This document shows, in pieces, positions 36,876-49,848 of a stretch of DNA of 64,000 nucleotides (the first letter of the stretch is position 1; each line of letters opens with the position of its first letter). The notes beneath the pieces are model-generated. The model was not told the DNA's origin. It did not search any database and saw only the letters and a program-made list of their open reading frames with translations. The position numbers and the translations under genes were made by a program. Location: contig OZ024742.1 in NCBI GenBank assembly GCA_964016885.1, forward strand, positions 126,356,001-126,420,000, in the 5' to 3' direction. Origin of the DNA: Eledone cirrhosa. Its lineage: Eukaryota.

Positions 36876-37054
36876 TATTTAATTACGTAATAAAGAACAC
36901 AATATAATTATTCCATTTCCCAAAGTTTCGCGAAGTTTAGATAAAGATTTCTATCTGATGAGCGATATCCGACGTTTCTGTTAGAATCGTCTAACTTCGC
37001 GAAACATTGGGTAATGGAATAATTATAATGTGTTGCTTATTACATAATTAAATA
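36876..37054. repeat. Imperfect foldback, about 75-bp arms, enclosing the hammerhead core
   Basis: tatttaattacgtaata..ttccatttcccaaagtttcgcgaagtt pairs with aacttcgcgaaacattgggtaatggaa..tattacataattaaata. Confidence 0.87.
36949..37019 (+). ncRNA. Putative type I hammerhead ribozyme
   Basis: Stem I ttctat/atggaa, core CTGATGA (36955-36961), stem II GCGA/TCGC with internal hairpin gacgtttct-gtt-agaatcgtc. GAAA at 37001-37004, short stem III AC/GT, GTA cleavage triplet 37011-37013. Confidence 0.55.
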
Positions 37055-37466
37055 GCTCTGTACTATACATAGAGCACTCTTCTTTCCTTTACCTATATAT
37101 ATATAGCGGAACATGTGAATGAATGTGGCGAATGTGATGAGATATTTTAATTTCCTTAATTCGATATTTATTGTCAATAATATTTATCATTTCTATTACA
37201 GTCACAATGCCAGAAATTTTGGGGAACGGTGAATCGATAAAGTCGATTCCCAGTACTTAATAAGTTGGATATATTTCCGACACTGGAAAGTTGAAAGGCA
37301 AGATTGACCGCGCTAGGATTTTCACTCGGAATGTAAACAGCCAGAACAAATAGTGCAACGCATTTTATCCGGCGCTTTAACGATCCTGCCAATTGTATCT
37401 TTCCAGAAAGTTTCGTATCGATTTTAAACATTTTTCAAAATGTAATAACTGTAAATAAATGCTTAC

Positions 37467-37543
37467 CTCATTTTATCTCCCCGAATGAAAGTATCAGCCG
37501 ACGATCCAATCAAATTGATTAAGGTCTCCTTCGATATTTCCAT
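37467..37543 (-). CDS. ZRSR2: ZRSR2 coding exon 1 (MEISKETLINLIGSSADTFIRGDKM+S), 77 nt
   Basis: ATG at 37543, open frame to the donor AG|gtaagc. Its phase 2 end fits exon 2, giving ..KMSHK.. Little sequence similarity on its own; supported by phase and position. Confidence 0.72.
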
Positions 37544-38499
37544 TTCACGAAAATATCACAGAAACCTGTACAGTAAGATATCTGGTGACAGAAATTTCTT
37601 TCAATCAAACGACATTTCGTCAAAACATGTAAATACTGAAATTGATTTTCAAAAACTGAAGAGTTTTTCTTTCAAGAAAGATAACTCAAACTGATTTTGA
37701 TTTAAGGATTTGTTTTCCTAACCTATTAAAATGTAGGAGAATATGGCTATATTCAATACTAATCTCTTTTTTATAAGATGGTAGGGGAGAACATATGGGC
37801 ATATAAGTATCTAAGCTGTTGTGTAGGGGAGAATCTTCAGACTTTTCACCACCCACTGGCCGCGTTTTCTTTACCTCCTAACCTAATACCGAAGGGAGAA
37901 ACCCGAGGCCACCCCCCTCTACTCTTCCCTTTTCCGGAGATAAAATCCTTTGTAGCATATTAGTGAGTAATCTTAATTAATAACACCCGAAAAAAAAAAC
38001 AAAAAAAAAACATGTTTATATTTTCCTCTGAAATCGGTGGGGTATTTTTCAATAAATTTACCGTTTAATCGTAGGTAATCTGTGGTTGAGCAGACCTATG
38101 ATCAACAGCACCGAGTAGTTGTGGTCACATGTTCATTTTATTTCTTTATTATTCTTTTTTCCGATTAGCTGGCTTTTAGGTCTACATTATCTAATATATT
38201 ATTTGTCTTTTAAGCCGGTAGTGTGTGAAAGATATTTGGCTGCGATTTCTATGTGAATAGCAGTGGTTGAAAAGGGAGGTAACTCTCGAGAAAGAGTATT
38301 TATCTTTCAATATGGAGTAAGCAAAATAAGGGCAGAAAAAAGGGGAGGCACAGAAGAAAACAAATAGTAATTGAGGAGGTTACAGAATCCGTGACTAAAG
38401 AACTTTGGTGAGCTAACCAACAATAAGGATGAAGTAAAAATCAAATAGTGCGCGTGTTTTTATAGACAATATTGGCAACATAACCATTCCATAATGTAA

Positions 38500-39015
38500 C
38501 AATCTAAAAAATTAGTAACGCGTCTATTTGATACAATGCCGTCTGTTAAGTCAGACTAAAACAACTGGCACAGATGTTAAGCTGATCCTATACAACACTC
38601 TCTGTCTATTTTCAGTGACCTATGCCAGTGAGAACTGGAAGAGTCCGAAAATGATTGACAGAAAAATGAATGTATTCAACAAAAGGTTTCTCAGAAAGAT
38701 TATGGCGTGAACGAGTTACAAATAAAGAAGTCCCGAAGAGAGCAAAATCACAACCACTGTAAGAGATAATTATGGAGCGACGGTTCTGCATGACTGGTTA
38801 TACTTTTCAGCTACCTGATCACCGGCACGCGTCAATTTAGACTCCTGCTTTAAGCAAACGAAAAGAGGCAGATCAAAGATCACACAACGGCGGACATTTC
38901 AAGACGATTTGAAGACTGTCAACATCACCTGGAACGGATGCGAAAGAACAACAGTGGATTGTGCGCATTCAAAGAAACTTGCCGCCCAGTGTAAAAGGAC
39001 CTAAATCTAAGTCTA
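38500..39015 (+). mobile_element. Old RTE-clade 3' remnant
   Basis: TYASENW..NVFNKRFLRKIM..VTNKEV..RKRGRSK motifs. Confidence 0.7.
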
Positions 39016-39549
39016 TAAGTTTATTCGATAGAGATGTCTCCTGGTACAATTCGATTTACAACTAAGATATATTGCATGAATATTAGTTAGGCCCAGGTAC
39101 TTGATTGGTACTTTGATTTATCGACCCCCGGAAAGGCTGAATAGCAAAATTGATTTCGGCGAGATTTGAACACATTATGTAAAAGGCTGTAACTAAATAC
39201 CGTAAATAATTTGTTCGCTGTTCTGACGATTCTACCAACAGATAAAATGAATTCTGGACTAAGTACTGGGTTTGATATGAATAATTTACTAACCCCATGA
39301 AGGTTGTTCATCGCCATGGCTACAGTCTAATGTCTGAAACCAGTAAAAAAAATAATAAATAACGATTTGCACACCAAGGGAAACGATTCACTCCGTCTTA
39401 ATTTTTAGTCTATTTCTAAAATAAGGATTATTTCCCTTGAACAAATAATTGTTTCTACTTTTGGCACAAGGCCATTCAATGATGTTTTTATTACAGTTCT
39501 ATAAATTTACAGAAGAATAACGTTGCAAATATGTTTTAAATATATACAT

Positions 39550-40330
39550 AGATATGTTTCTTTATTAGCCACAGGGGCACAAAAGAAGGGGACAAATACA
39601 AAGGGGGAAGTTTACATACAATAAAAACGTGTAAAATGTTATCACAAATGCAATTAAAAAAATTAGTCGATTTTCCCCAATAGGGGGAGACAGTTTATAT
39701 GGGTAACACATACCCCCGAAAAAATGTGCAACCCTCATCTTCGGGGGTACGAAGAGTTTGTACTCCTTTCCTCTCCTCCTCCTTTTCCTCAACCTACAGG
39801 CTGATATAGAGAGAAGGCCCATTCACTCGGGCCATTCTCGCCACTTTCACCCACCTTTCATAAAACTTGCTGGGGTACAGCACCTCTCTCTCTATCCTGA
39901 TTCTTCTTCCAAAGTGGTATTTGAAAAAAAGAATCAGTTGTTGGCCGGAGAGAAAGGTGTCTGACCTCAGCCCTTTCAACCTTGTCCACCATACAACCTC
40001 TTTCGCCATAGCTATCACACAAAGGAAAACCGCCTCTCCTTCGTTTTTGAAGGAGGGTGGCGGTTTGATCATGACAATGGACTCGGTGGTCAACCGGATT
40101 GGTCCCACCCGCGACAATAGTCGTTCTACATAGCTCCACAGGTCAGTGACGCCCGGGCAGTGTATGAATGCGTGCGCGACGGTTTCTTCGTCTCGCACGC
40201 ACCTCGGACAGATCTTTTTTGCAGGGTCCCTGCCCGGGCGCCCATGTCTGTAGAGCTTGTCTCGAACTGGTAGAGCTCCTCAGTAGCACTGCCAAGCCAG
40301 GGATTTTTGGAAGTTGTCCATCGGTCCCAT
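39550..40330 (-). mobile_element. L1/Tx1-clade LINE 3' end
   Basis: WQCY.GALPVRDKL..ICPRCVRDEETVAHAFIHC (CCHC, zf-RVT type), AMAKEVVWWTR; AATAAA near 39565. Confidence 0.85.
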
Positions 40331-40559
40331 ATACATAGATAACTTAACAAATACGTAAATAACACCAAAAATTGCTCGCAATTCGTTCAGAAGGACAAAT
40401 ATGTCAAAACCGTGTATAATGACACAGAAATTTAAATCCATGAACAAAATTGATACAGAAAAGAAAGAAGAAGAAAAAATGGGGTGTGTAGGTGGAGGGG
40501 GGGGGGTAATTCACCACCAAGTGCGACAATCGGCAAGACTTCACACATTGGGTGTTAAG

Positions 40560-41040
40560 TGTACACTTTCAGGCAAGCCAACACACACACGCGGCATTAC
40601 CGCGGGTGATGGCGAGGCTAAGGCGTTGAAATAGCTAGGTACCCTCACGGGCATCTCCTGACACTTCTGTAAGGTGAGCTGCCAGTGAAGACAAGAACTT
40701 CGCTGTCAGTGACCCAACTCTACTGAACGCCTCGAACGCCACTGGCTGGAAAAAATAATTGTTTGATAAGTCCTGGTATTTCCGAATTTTATTCCGTCTG
40801 GCAGTGGAAACAGTGACCCCTGCATTCACTGCGGCGTCCATGATGTAGGAGGGGGCAAAAGAGTCACTGGCTGCAATGTCACAGATAAGACATCTCCCTC
40901 TCACCCAGGGACAAAGGGTACGACCGTCTGGTCTCTTCCCATCCCTTCTGAATAAACCAGCCAGCTCCAGAACTGTGGGGATATTAACCCATGCCAGGGC
41001 CCATTTGATGATCAGGGTTTAGCTCTGTGTGATGAGCAAA
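40560..41040 (-). mobile_element. CRE-clade non-LTR element, RLE domain
   Basis: GLFRRDGKRPDG..PWVRGRCLI.D..RNKIRKY..FQPVAFE..FQRLSLAITRGNAA. Confidence 0.8.
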
Positions 41041-41049
41041 ACAACCAGC

Positions 41050-41500
41050 AGTTTTATTTTTGATTTGTTGTTTTTTTACAGAACTGTTTATACAAAAACC
41101 AAACACTATAAAAGGGAACAAAAAATAAAATGAAAAGAAAAAGAAAAAAAGAATCAAGTAACAAAAGAAAGGGAGAAGGCATAGACAGATGCTACACCCC
41201 AATCTTAGCAGTGTTTCAGCTGCATCCTGTGGATAAAATGCTACAGGCATTACCGCGAAGAATAGCCAGAGACCCACTACAACAACTACCCCCTCATGGG
41301 GCTCCCTTCTCAAGCAAGCTGCCGTCTATTTGATTTTAAAGTGGAAATCAACAGTGCAGGATCCAAGGATACTAGAGGTCTTGATGGAGACCAGTACAAA
41401 GAAGAGGGTTGGTCAGGCTCTGGTATTTAACTATCTTCCTCTCCTCTGCATTGCATTCAGCAGACAGGATTAGGTGCAGAGAATGAGTCACAGCTTGTGT
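41050..41500 (-). mobile_element. Second, more degenerate CRE-like 3' end
   Basis: CDSFS..AEERKIVKYQSL..SLAILRGNACSILST, followed by a T-rich tail. Confidence 0.6.
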
Positions 41501-41815
41501 GATGCTTGATCTTCAAATTTATGTCTTCCTTCCAAGCTGACTGAGTAAATGTCTCATATTAATAAGTCGAACTGTTAATCAAAGAAAAACGAGCTATTTC
41601 CTTATGAAATGTAAAGCTGGTAGTGGAATATACATTGCACTATTGAATATTATAATCACCAGTATCTGTAATAAATTCTGTTGATGTGTGTAGCTCTAAC
41701 AGCCCACTGTTAATTGGGCACTATGATCGGTCGGAAATTCACTTCGGCGTTCTGTAGGGGATTAGTGGCAGCTGGAAAGCAGCAACACTCTCAGAGGGAC
41801 TCTGGACATCAATGG

Positions 41816-42023
41816 TAATAATAATAATAATGAAATTATTGTGTAAAGTGCTCAGGTGCACTACAACTCGTCAAAGGTGTATGTATAGTACATAGAATAA
41901 TACACAAATGTCAGGGAAGTACATGTGTTAGCTGTAGTGTTGGCGGATCTCGGGAAGCATGGAGGCCTTAAAGGATGCAGTGTCTCGACAGCTAACAACT
42001 GATGCAGGTAGTTTGTTCCATGC
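41816..42023 (-). mobile_element. CR1-group LINE 3' end
   Basis: AWNKLPASVVSCRDTASFK motif and (ATT)n tail. Confidence 0.78.
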
Positions 42024-42549
42024 TGGTGATCAACTATCCATGCTTTTCTAGAGAACTTTTGGCCTAGGGTCGATTGATAGCTCCAGAAATCATTGGCCTG
42101 GCAGCATAGACCTAACTAGGACATGGCATCTGCCATGGGGGCTACTTGGAGCGGGGTGCCTCTTGAACTAGGAACATTCTCTATTAAAGTCAGATAAGCA
42201 ATCAGCAGCGATTGAAAAAAGAAACTTTTTTAGATGTATGATCTGTCTTTGATTATCATGGGTGAAAAGCACTATGATTGCTGGATCATTAAACCATTTA
42301 TATAGGTTAGTAGCAGTGGTACCCGGCACTGCATGGGATAAGGTATTGTGAAATATATAACTGCCTTAGCTAAGCTTAGTATTGCCACAACCACGGCTGG
42401 CAAAGAAGTAAGGGGCTGGTGGTACGTAAGTAAGAAACACTGTGGCTTAAAACGTGAGGAAGAAGTTGTGTGCACTTACCAACTGTTTGGGGAATGAGTG
42501 AGATTTGTCTTGAGCAAGGGTGGCAGAATAACCGGATGCAGCACACAGC

Positions 42550-42772
42550 CAGACATACAGACAGATATTATAAGGGCGCGTTCTGGGCGCAGAGCGAATT
42601 GTAGGAAGTGACGTAATGCACACAGCCAGAAATTTCTTTTGCTCAGAACACTCTCTGAAACATAAGTATTACATGTGTAAAGTTTGAAAACAGTCGGTTG
42701 GGTGCTTCTCTAGTTTTAGGGATTCAAACTCACACACACACAGACAGACATCTTCAGTTTTATATATATAGA
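42550..42772 (+). mobile_element. Non-autonomous Helitron/Helentron-like (DINE/HINE-type) fragment
   Basis: Ending ..aagtttga..cggtt..acacacacagacagacat..ttttatatatatagat resembles this class; pattern recognition only. Confidence 0.4.
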
Positions 42773-43549
42773 TGTTTGGGCAGGGCACAATTTAACTGCT
42801 TGCCAGGAGGGGGTGGGGTCATTGCTAGTTCAAGATAAGCTCTAAAGACTTGGAAGTGGTGTCAGATAGGCTTGTCCAAGATGTACATGTGGCAACAGAA
42901 CTTTCCTGCACACACTCATCTAGTGTCTGAACATTGCTGATTTGTGGATCTATGTTGACCATCTGCTGCCGGATGTAGGATGGATCCAGCTATCCACAGA
43001 GTTTATCATGAAGGTAGCTCCACCATCTTTCAATAAGCAGGAATGGCAGGCCGATTTCATTTGCCTGATGGACTTGATTAAAATGGTTGAAGATAGACAT
43101 TTTCCTCTTCAGTGAAGCCCAGATGAATTTTTACAAGTTTTACTTGAAGAGGAAAATTAAGGTGGAGAAGGAAGTACTACCTTTCAACCATTTTGATGAA
43201 ATGTGGATAAGAGTGATGAGTATGGCCCATGGTTCCAATATATGCCTGTAGATTGGAGGGGGATAACTGAAAGGGGCACTTACCCTAGTGTTCAAAGCAG
43301 TCATGGATGTTTTTTTGCTCTTCATGAATGTTCCATTTTTCATGATCAACAGAGAACATTTTGTGAATCCAAACTCTATTTTAATATCCTTTGAGAAAAT
43401 TCTTAAGCCGCCCAATTAATTCTCATTTTTGGCAAAAATTTTCAGGTCATCCATGAACTACAGAGGATTGAACTTTCCATTACCTTGAAGTTACCTTCCA
43501 TTATCAGAAGTGAATTTCACATACTTTCAACATCCATTGTTATTCATAT

Positions 43550-45146
43550 TATTATTACTTTGATATCTCAGTCATTTTTGTTATTTAACTGGAAAATTTG
43601 CCCTAATGAACATTAAGTCACTACCTGCAGCCTCAGATATTCAGGACATATTGGAGGGTCCTTGCTGTTCTCAATAGGCATGCCTTCTGGAGTGTTCTTT
43701 AACCAGTCTTGGAAGCTCTTTGAGATAGTACCTAATGCTCCTATGATGATGGGGATGATCTTGATCTCATGACAATTCTAAATCCTTTTCAGTTCCCATT
43801 TTAAATCCTGGTACCAGTTAATTTTCTTTTTCTCCTTTTCTTGCACTCTTGTGTCAAAAGGGCAAGCTACATATATAATCATACAAGATCTTTTTTCCTT
43901 ATCAAAAACCACCAGGTCAGGCCTATTGTGTTCAAATTCTTTGTCCATTTGTATCCTGAAATCCTACAGCACCTTCACAAAGTCATTTTCCATCACTGAC
44001 TCTGGCTTATGCTCATACCATTTCTCAGAATGAGGTACTTTGTTCAGTTTGCATAAATACCAGCAAACCACTTTTCCTATGAGGTCACGCCTTCATCTTT
44101 TATAGTGAGTCTGGATTAGGTGTTTACACTTGGATACAATGTGATCCAGAGTTACCTCTCTCCCTCTCCACAGATCCTCTAGAGAGGGCTAGCTTCCTCC
44201 TTGTCAATCTGGTGTTTCATTCACTTCATTCTAAGGACTTGTGCCTGTGCAGCCAGTAAAATTTTCTTTGCGGCTTTCTTAGGGTTTCCTTTCTTCAACC
44301 AGTTCCATGTCTGCAAATCTCAAAATTCTGTTTTCTTTAAAAAGATGCTATGAAAGGCCTTTTTATTCAGGTTGTTCTTCATCTTTGTTGTTACTTCTTT
44401 CCTGGACACCCCCTGGTCTATTGTTTCCTCCTTCACTACAGCCTTAACTATTGGCTCATTACTCTCAGACATATTTGTGTAGACAGCTCTTTTCCATCTG
44501 AACACAGTCCTCCATGATGATTAGACCTCTTCCACCTTCAGATCTCTTTAAGTACAGTCTATCAACATCACCCTTCTTATGAAACATACTATAGATGGTC
44601 ATTAATTTTCTTATCTTTCTATCCAGATCTTTTTGCTCATTTATATTCCATTTAAGAATTCCTGCACTGTACCTAATAATAGATACAGCTCGGGAATTTA
44701 CTGCAGTTATGACATTTCTATTATTCAGCTGTGATTTTAGTATGTTCCTTACTCTCCTTATGTATTCAGATCTTATCATCTCTTTCATTTTATTGTCCTT
44801 GATGTTATCTGCATCCAGAACACCCAAATACCTACATCACTCTTCAGTGCCAATCTCCTTTATCATCTCACTCGTTGTTACCTCAATTCCTTTGCTTCTC
44901 TTTAATTTACCTCTCCTCATCACAAGGACTCCACACTTATTAACACCAAATTCCATACATATATCATTGCTGAAAATACGAACAGTGTCAACAGGTGAAT
45001 TCAGCTCCTCTTCGCTATTCCCAAAGAGTTTCAGGTCATCCATGAAGAGGAGGTTGTTGATGGTAAGCTCTCCTCTTCCCAGTTCATATCCTGCCTTCAC
45101 TCTTCCTAATACGTGGGAGAAGGGCATGAGGGTAAAGTCAAACAAC
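43550..45146 (-). mobile_element. R4/Dong-clade LINE, 5'-truncated, degenerate
   Basis: RT INNLLFMDDLKLF..MEFGVNKC..YLG, DRLYLKRSEGGRGL. RLE EHNRPDLVVFDK..ACPFD..IPIIIGALG. Both ends at TAA/TTA repeats. An extra RT fragment lies at about 43300-43480. Confidence 0.88.
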
Positions 45147-45162
45147 TATTATTATTATTATT

Positions 45163-45860
45163 AAGGTGGCCTTGTGCCAAAAGTAGAAACAATTATTATT
45201 AAGGTGGTGGATTGGCAGTATTGATAGAGGGTAGGACGCATGCTTTGCAGCAAAGAGTTACGGCCTTTTATGATCTGAGTTCAAATCCTGCCGAGGTTAA
45301 CTTTCATCCTTATGGGGTCGATAAAATAAAGTACCAGTAATACACTGGGATAATTGTTGGCCTTGTGCCAAAAGTAGAAACAATTATTAGGATGATGGAT
45401 TGTCAGTATCAGTAGAGCATCAGACACCATGCTTTGCAACATAGAGTTATGGCCCTTTATGTTCTGAGTTCAAATCCCGCTGAGGTTAGTTTTGCCTTTC
45501 ATCCTCACAGAGTCAATAAAATAAAGCACCAATAATGTACTGGGGTCGATTTAATCGACTTTCCCTTCCCCCAAAATTGCTTGCCTTGTGCCTATAGTAG
45601 AAATCATTATTATTATTTTTATTATTTTTCCTCCTTAGGGCGGTGGATTGGCAGTATCAGTAGAGTGTCGGACACCATGCTTTGCAGTATAGAGTTATGG
45701 CCCTTTACGGTCTAAGTTCAAATCCTGCTGAGGTTAACTTTGCCTTTCATCCTTACGGGGTCAATAAAATAAAGCACTATTAATATACTGGGGCCGATTT
45801 AATCGACTTTCCTCTCCCCCAAAATTGCTGGCCTTGTGCCTATACAAGAAACCATTATTA
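45163..45860 (+). mobile_element. Head-to-tail array of three (ATT)n-tailed SINEs plus a stub
   Basis: Units start near 45203, 45391 and 45638, each after the attatt tail of the previous unit. Confidence 0.88.
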
Positions 45861-46760
45861 GTTATAACTTTATTGTGCATCGTCACTGCATTACCAAGTA
45901 CAGCTCTGTGCACCTTCGGTATGTGTAGTGTGGTTTTTGGTGGTGTTGTTTCTATTGTATTGAGAGTACTCTATGTAATATGTGTGCAGTGCCTAGTAAT
46001 GTTATTTTTTGTCTGCTGCATATATTTGTAAGTCCTGGGGTTTTAGTTTTGTATCTGTCTGTATTTTTTTTATCATTCACAGAGCACTTATTATTATAAG
46101 TATTGTTTCTGTTTTCTTCATCTAATTCCAGGTTATTTCTATCTCTAGATCTTTATATTTGGATAGTTTCTCCATTTTCGTGGGAGGTATATTGTCATTT
46201 GTTGGGATTGATACCTCAATTAGAAGATATTTCTTTTCTTTGTGGTCTTTGAGTATAATATCCAGTTGGTTGGTTTTGATCTCCCTGTCTGTGTGTATTG
46301 GCATATCCCAGAGAAGGGTTGCTTTGTCATTGTTTGGCACATTTTCTGGTGTGTATCTGTACCGTCTTTTTTCTGTAGGTATTTCATAATACTAGCATAA
46401 CTTCCAGTGTATGTAAATCCCAACTCTATCAAATCTGATGATACATTCTTTTTTGGTTAAGACAGGGCAGCCAGAGATAATATGATTAATTGTTTATTCC
46501 ACACTTCCACATATTCTGCAGTTACTTACTTTGTTCTACTTCATTATGAATTTCTGGTGGGAAGTATTTGATCTTGTGTTGCAATTAGAAATCCATTCAT
46601 CTCAGCTTTTAGTGCAGTGCTTCATAACCAGCTGTGTGAGTTTTGCTTGTCTATTCCTTTCTATTCAGCCTTTTTGTGTATTGGCCATGTAAGGGTTTTT
46701 CTTGCCATCATTTTAACATGGCATTCTCGTGATCTGTTTTCAATTTAGATTATATGTTTT
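45860..46760 (-). mobile_element. R4/Dong-clade 3' fragment
   Basis: FLIATQDQ..CRICG..INHIISGCP..LLWDMPIHTDREIKTNQLDIILKD..EKLSKYKDLEIEI. Confidence 0.85.
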
Positions 46761-47456
46761 TCTCAATCTCTGTGGGTGTTTCTTAAGGTAATAATGAAAA
46801 ATATTGTGTACAGTGCAGACAAAAAAAAAAAAGAGAATACCGATGCATGTATGTAATATATGTGTGTGTGTGTATCATGTAATTGTACAACATTAAAGGG
46901 ATATATTGGAATCTGACCTTCTATTTTCATTGATGTATTTAATTCTGTTCTTGCACCAACCATGAGAAACCACATCTATGATGGATGATACACATAATAT
47001 CGAGTGGTTTTTGTTTATTGCATCACGGTCTGCTAATAGGAATGACTAGACCTACCCATTAGTTAAACCATCCACTATAAATGATCTAGAAACATCCAAA
47101 GAATAAATTACTACTAGACACTATTCAAATGTAAAAGAAAAAGAAAAAAATTAACAATAGTTGAGTTAGAACTAATACATTTAATGCAGGAAGCATTTAA
47201 TGTTTAACTAGAAATTATTATACTGTGAAGAAGAAAAAACCCAGAACAACATATTCAGTCAACTAATATAACTGTGTCTTTTGACAAATTCAGGAGACAT
47301 TGGTTTATAGTTCTGCTCTCACCCAGTTTTCATAAAAGTTCCAGCAATAAATGGCATCACTTTGTATAATGCTTTATTTATTTCCATAAATAATTTGTTT
47401 CATTGGTGCTACACACAAATATATATATATATATGTATGTATATATATAAATACAT

Positions 47457-47490
<34 letters not shown>

Positions 47491-47834
47491 ACACACACAC
47501 ATATATATATATCCATACATGCATGCATAATGTGTTTGTATGGGTCTGTAGATGTGTGTGTCTATGTCTGTGTGTGTATATAAATTCAGTCACACACACA
47601 TTATATATATACATATGCATACATATGTTGTGAGGGTCTGACTGGTACAAAGGAACACACCTGCATCCTTCCGGTTTGCTGATATTATAAGAGAGATAAA
47701 TGTCAAAATTTATGGGACGTGTGTTGGGGGGGGGGGGGGGGGGGTTGCTGGGAGGAGTGGAACCTTTATAGGAAATGTGTCCCATTTCTGAGTAAAGATC
47801 ATAACCTGATGACATAAGTGAGCATTGGGGTAGA

Positions 47835-48320
47835 AGTGTTGGTAGGTGGTGGTAGTAGCTGGTGGTTTTAGTGGTGGTATTGGTGATGGTAGTGGTGATG
47901 GTGTTAGTGTTGTTGTTGTGGTTGGTGGTGGTGGTGGTGGTGGTGGTGGCATGTGGAGAAGAGAGAGAGCGAGAAGAAGTGGAGGTGGGTGAGAGGATGT
48001 AGAGAAGATAAAATGAGAGTTTAATGTGAGACTATAAAGGATAAATGAGATAGATAGATAGACAGATGAAATGATAGACGGATGGATGGGTGGGTATGGA
48101 TGGATGGAAAGAAAGGAAGACAAACAGATAGAGAGACAGATAGATAGAGAGACAAATAGATAGAGAGACAGATAGATAGAGAGACAGATAGATAGACAGA
48201 GAAGCAGAATTCAAAGACAGAAAGACAGCTGGATAGATAGATGGACAGATGGACCAATGGACATACAGACCAACAAATATACAAACTGATGGACATATGG
48301 ATAGATGGAAGGTCAGATGA
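47835..48320. repeat. (GGT)n followed by (GATA/GACA/GATG)n compound microsatellite
   Basis: Directly visible. Confidence 0.9.
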
Positions 48321-48409
48321 ATGATCTATACTCAAGAAAAAGAGTATTCAAATGTTTGGTATGGAGCTGAAACATGGAGCCTTACAAAAGTATTAACAAA
48401 TGTTTGTTT

Positions 48410-48840
48410 TATCTTATACACATAAGAATGTAAATCTTCTGCTGTAAAGAATATTGCCAGAGAATTCAATTTGTGTCATTTCCTTTGAGAGGTTTAATTG
48501 CATTAGGTCATCTTTTACCACATTGCCCCAAGGTCTTCTTCTTCCATAGTTTTCAACAACTTTGAGAGTGCTGCATCTTTTTATCCAGCTGTCATCCTCC
48601 ATATGCATCACATGTCCATACCACCAGTCTCCTCTTATAAACACTACATCTGGTCCTTCTTATACCCAGTTTCTCTCTCAGTTCACTTATTACACATCCA
48701 ACGAAGCATGCTTGACTCATTTCTTTCTAATCTAGGTTGGTTCTCTGCAAACAGAGCCCATGTGTCATATTTATGCAGCATTGATGTTCGTACACAAACA
48801 TCATAAATTCTGCTTTCAATTTTAGGGAAAACCCTTGTAT
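48410..48840 (-). mobile_element. Old RTE 3' remnant
   Basis: RTSMLHKYDTWAL..RLERNESSMLRWMCN..WYGHVMHMEDDSWIK. Confidence 0.8.
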
Positions 48841-49153
48841 ATATATATATATACACACATGTATATATGCACATATGTATGTAAGCATGTATGTATATAT
48901 GTATGCATGCATGTATGTATGTATGTTTATGTCAGGTCACTCTTGAGTGCTACTGGTAACATGTAACCCAGTACAACCTGTCACATGGTTAGGTCATCAG
49001 TGACTAAACCAGCAAGCCCATCAAGTTTACTTAGTGAGGAGGGTGATTTTGGACAAAAAACAAAACCTGACAAAGGCTGGAAGAACTCATAAGAGTCAAT
49101 GGCCATCCAAAAATGTGTAAATATGTATATACATGTATGCATGTATATGTATG

Positions 49154-49188
<35 letters not shown>

Positions 49189-49848
49189 ATTCATGTATGC
49201 ATGTGTATGTATATGCACGGGGACATAGAAATAATCAGGCTGGATACCCGATCATGCGGTTAAACCACTGGGAGTAAAGGACCCCTAGCCTTTGTCAGGG
49301 CATTCTTCAAGGAGAAGGCAACTCAGGAAACTGGGATAACTCCGACATAAAACCTGCGGTTCAGTAGTTACCGATGATGTTGATCTTTTCTTCTTTTCGG
49401 GTTATAGCTACTGTCTCTCAGAGAGTGGGATTGACTCACAGTCTTTCCTCACTTTAAAAAAGATTTTCACACACAGACATTGCATGATGGCATTAATTGA
49501 TAATTATTTATAATGTTATATTGCGTAATGGCCATACTCGATAATGAGGGGGCAGCCATCATGTATGTATGTATGTAAATAAGACCATTGATTGCCCTAA
49601 TCTATAAACAAAACACTCAGAAAATACCATTGAACCAACTGCTGACCTGCACATATGTACATATGCATGTATGTTTTCTTTTTTTTTTAATTAATTTTTA
49701 CTCTATTTTTAACCAGCCACCTTCCCAGTGGCAAAGAAAAGGAAATTTTCATTATCCCTTGTGCAATCGTTCACCCTTTGAATCTTAAGAATATTTTATA
49801 GATATTGAAGCTTCCAGATATCGTGGCCATTTGTAGTTTATGAATTAA

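Noticed and set aside
37595-37635. Short upstream ORFs (MF*, MSFD*) ahead of the ZRSR2 ATG
   Set aside because: The transcription start is unknown and such tiny ORFs are expected by chance in AT-rich DNA.
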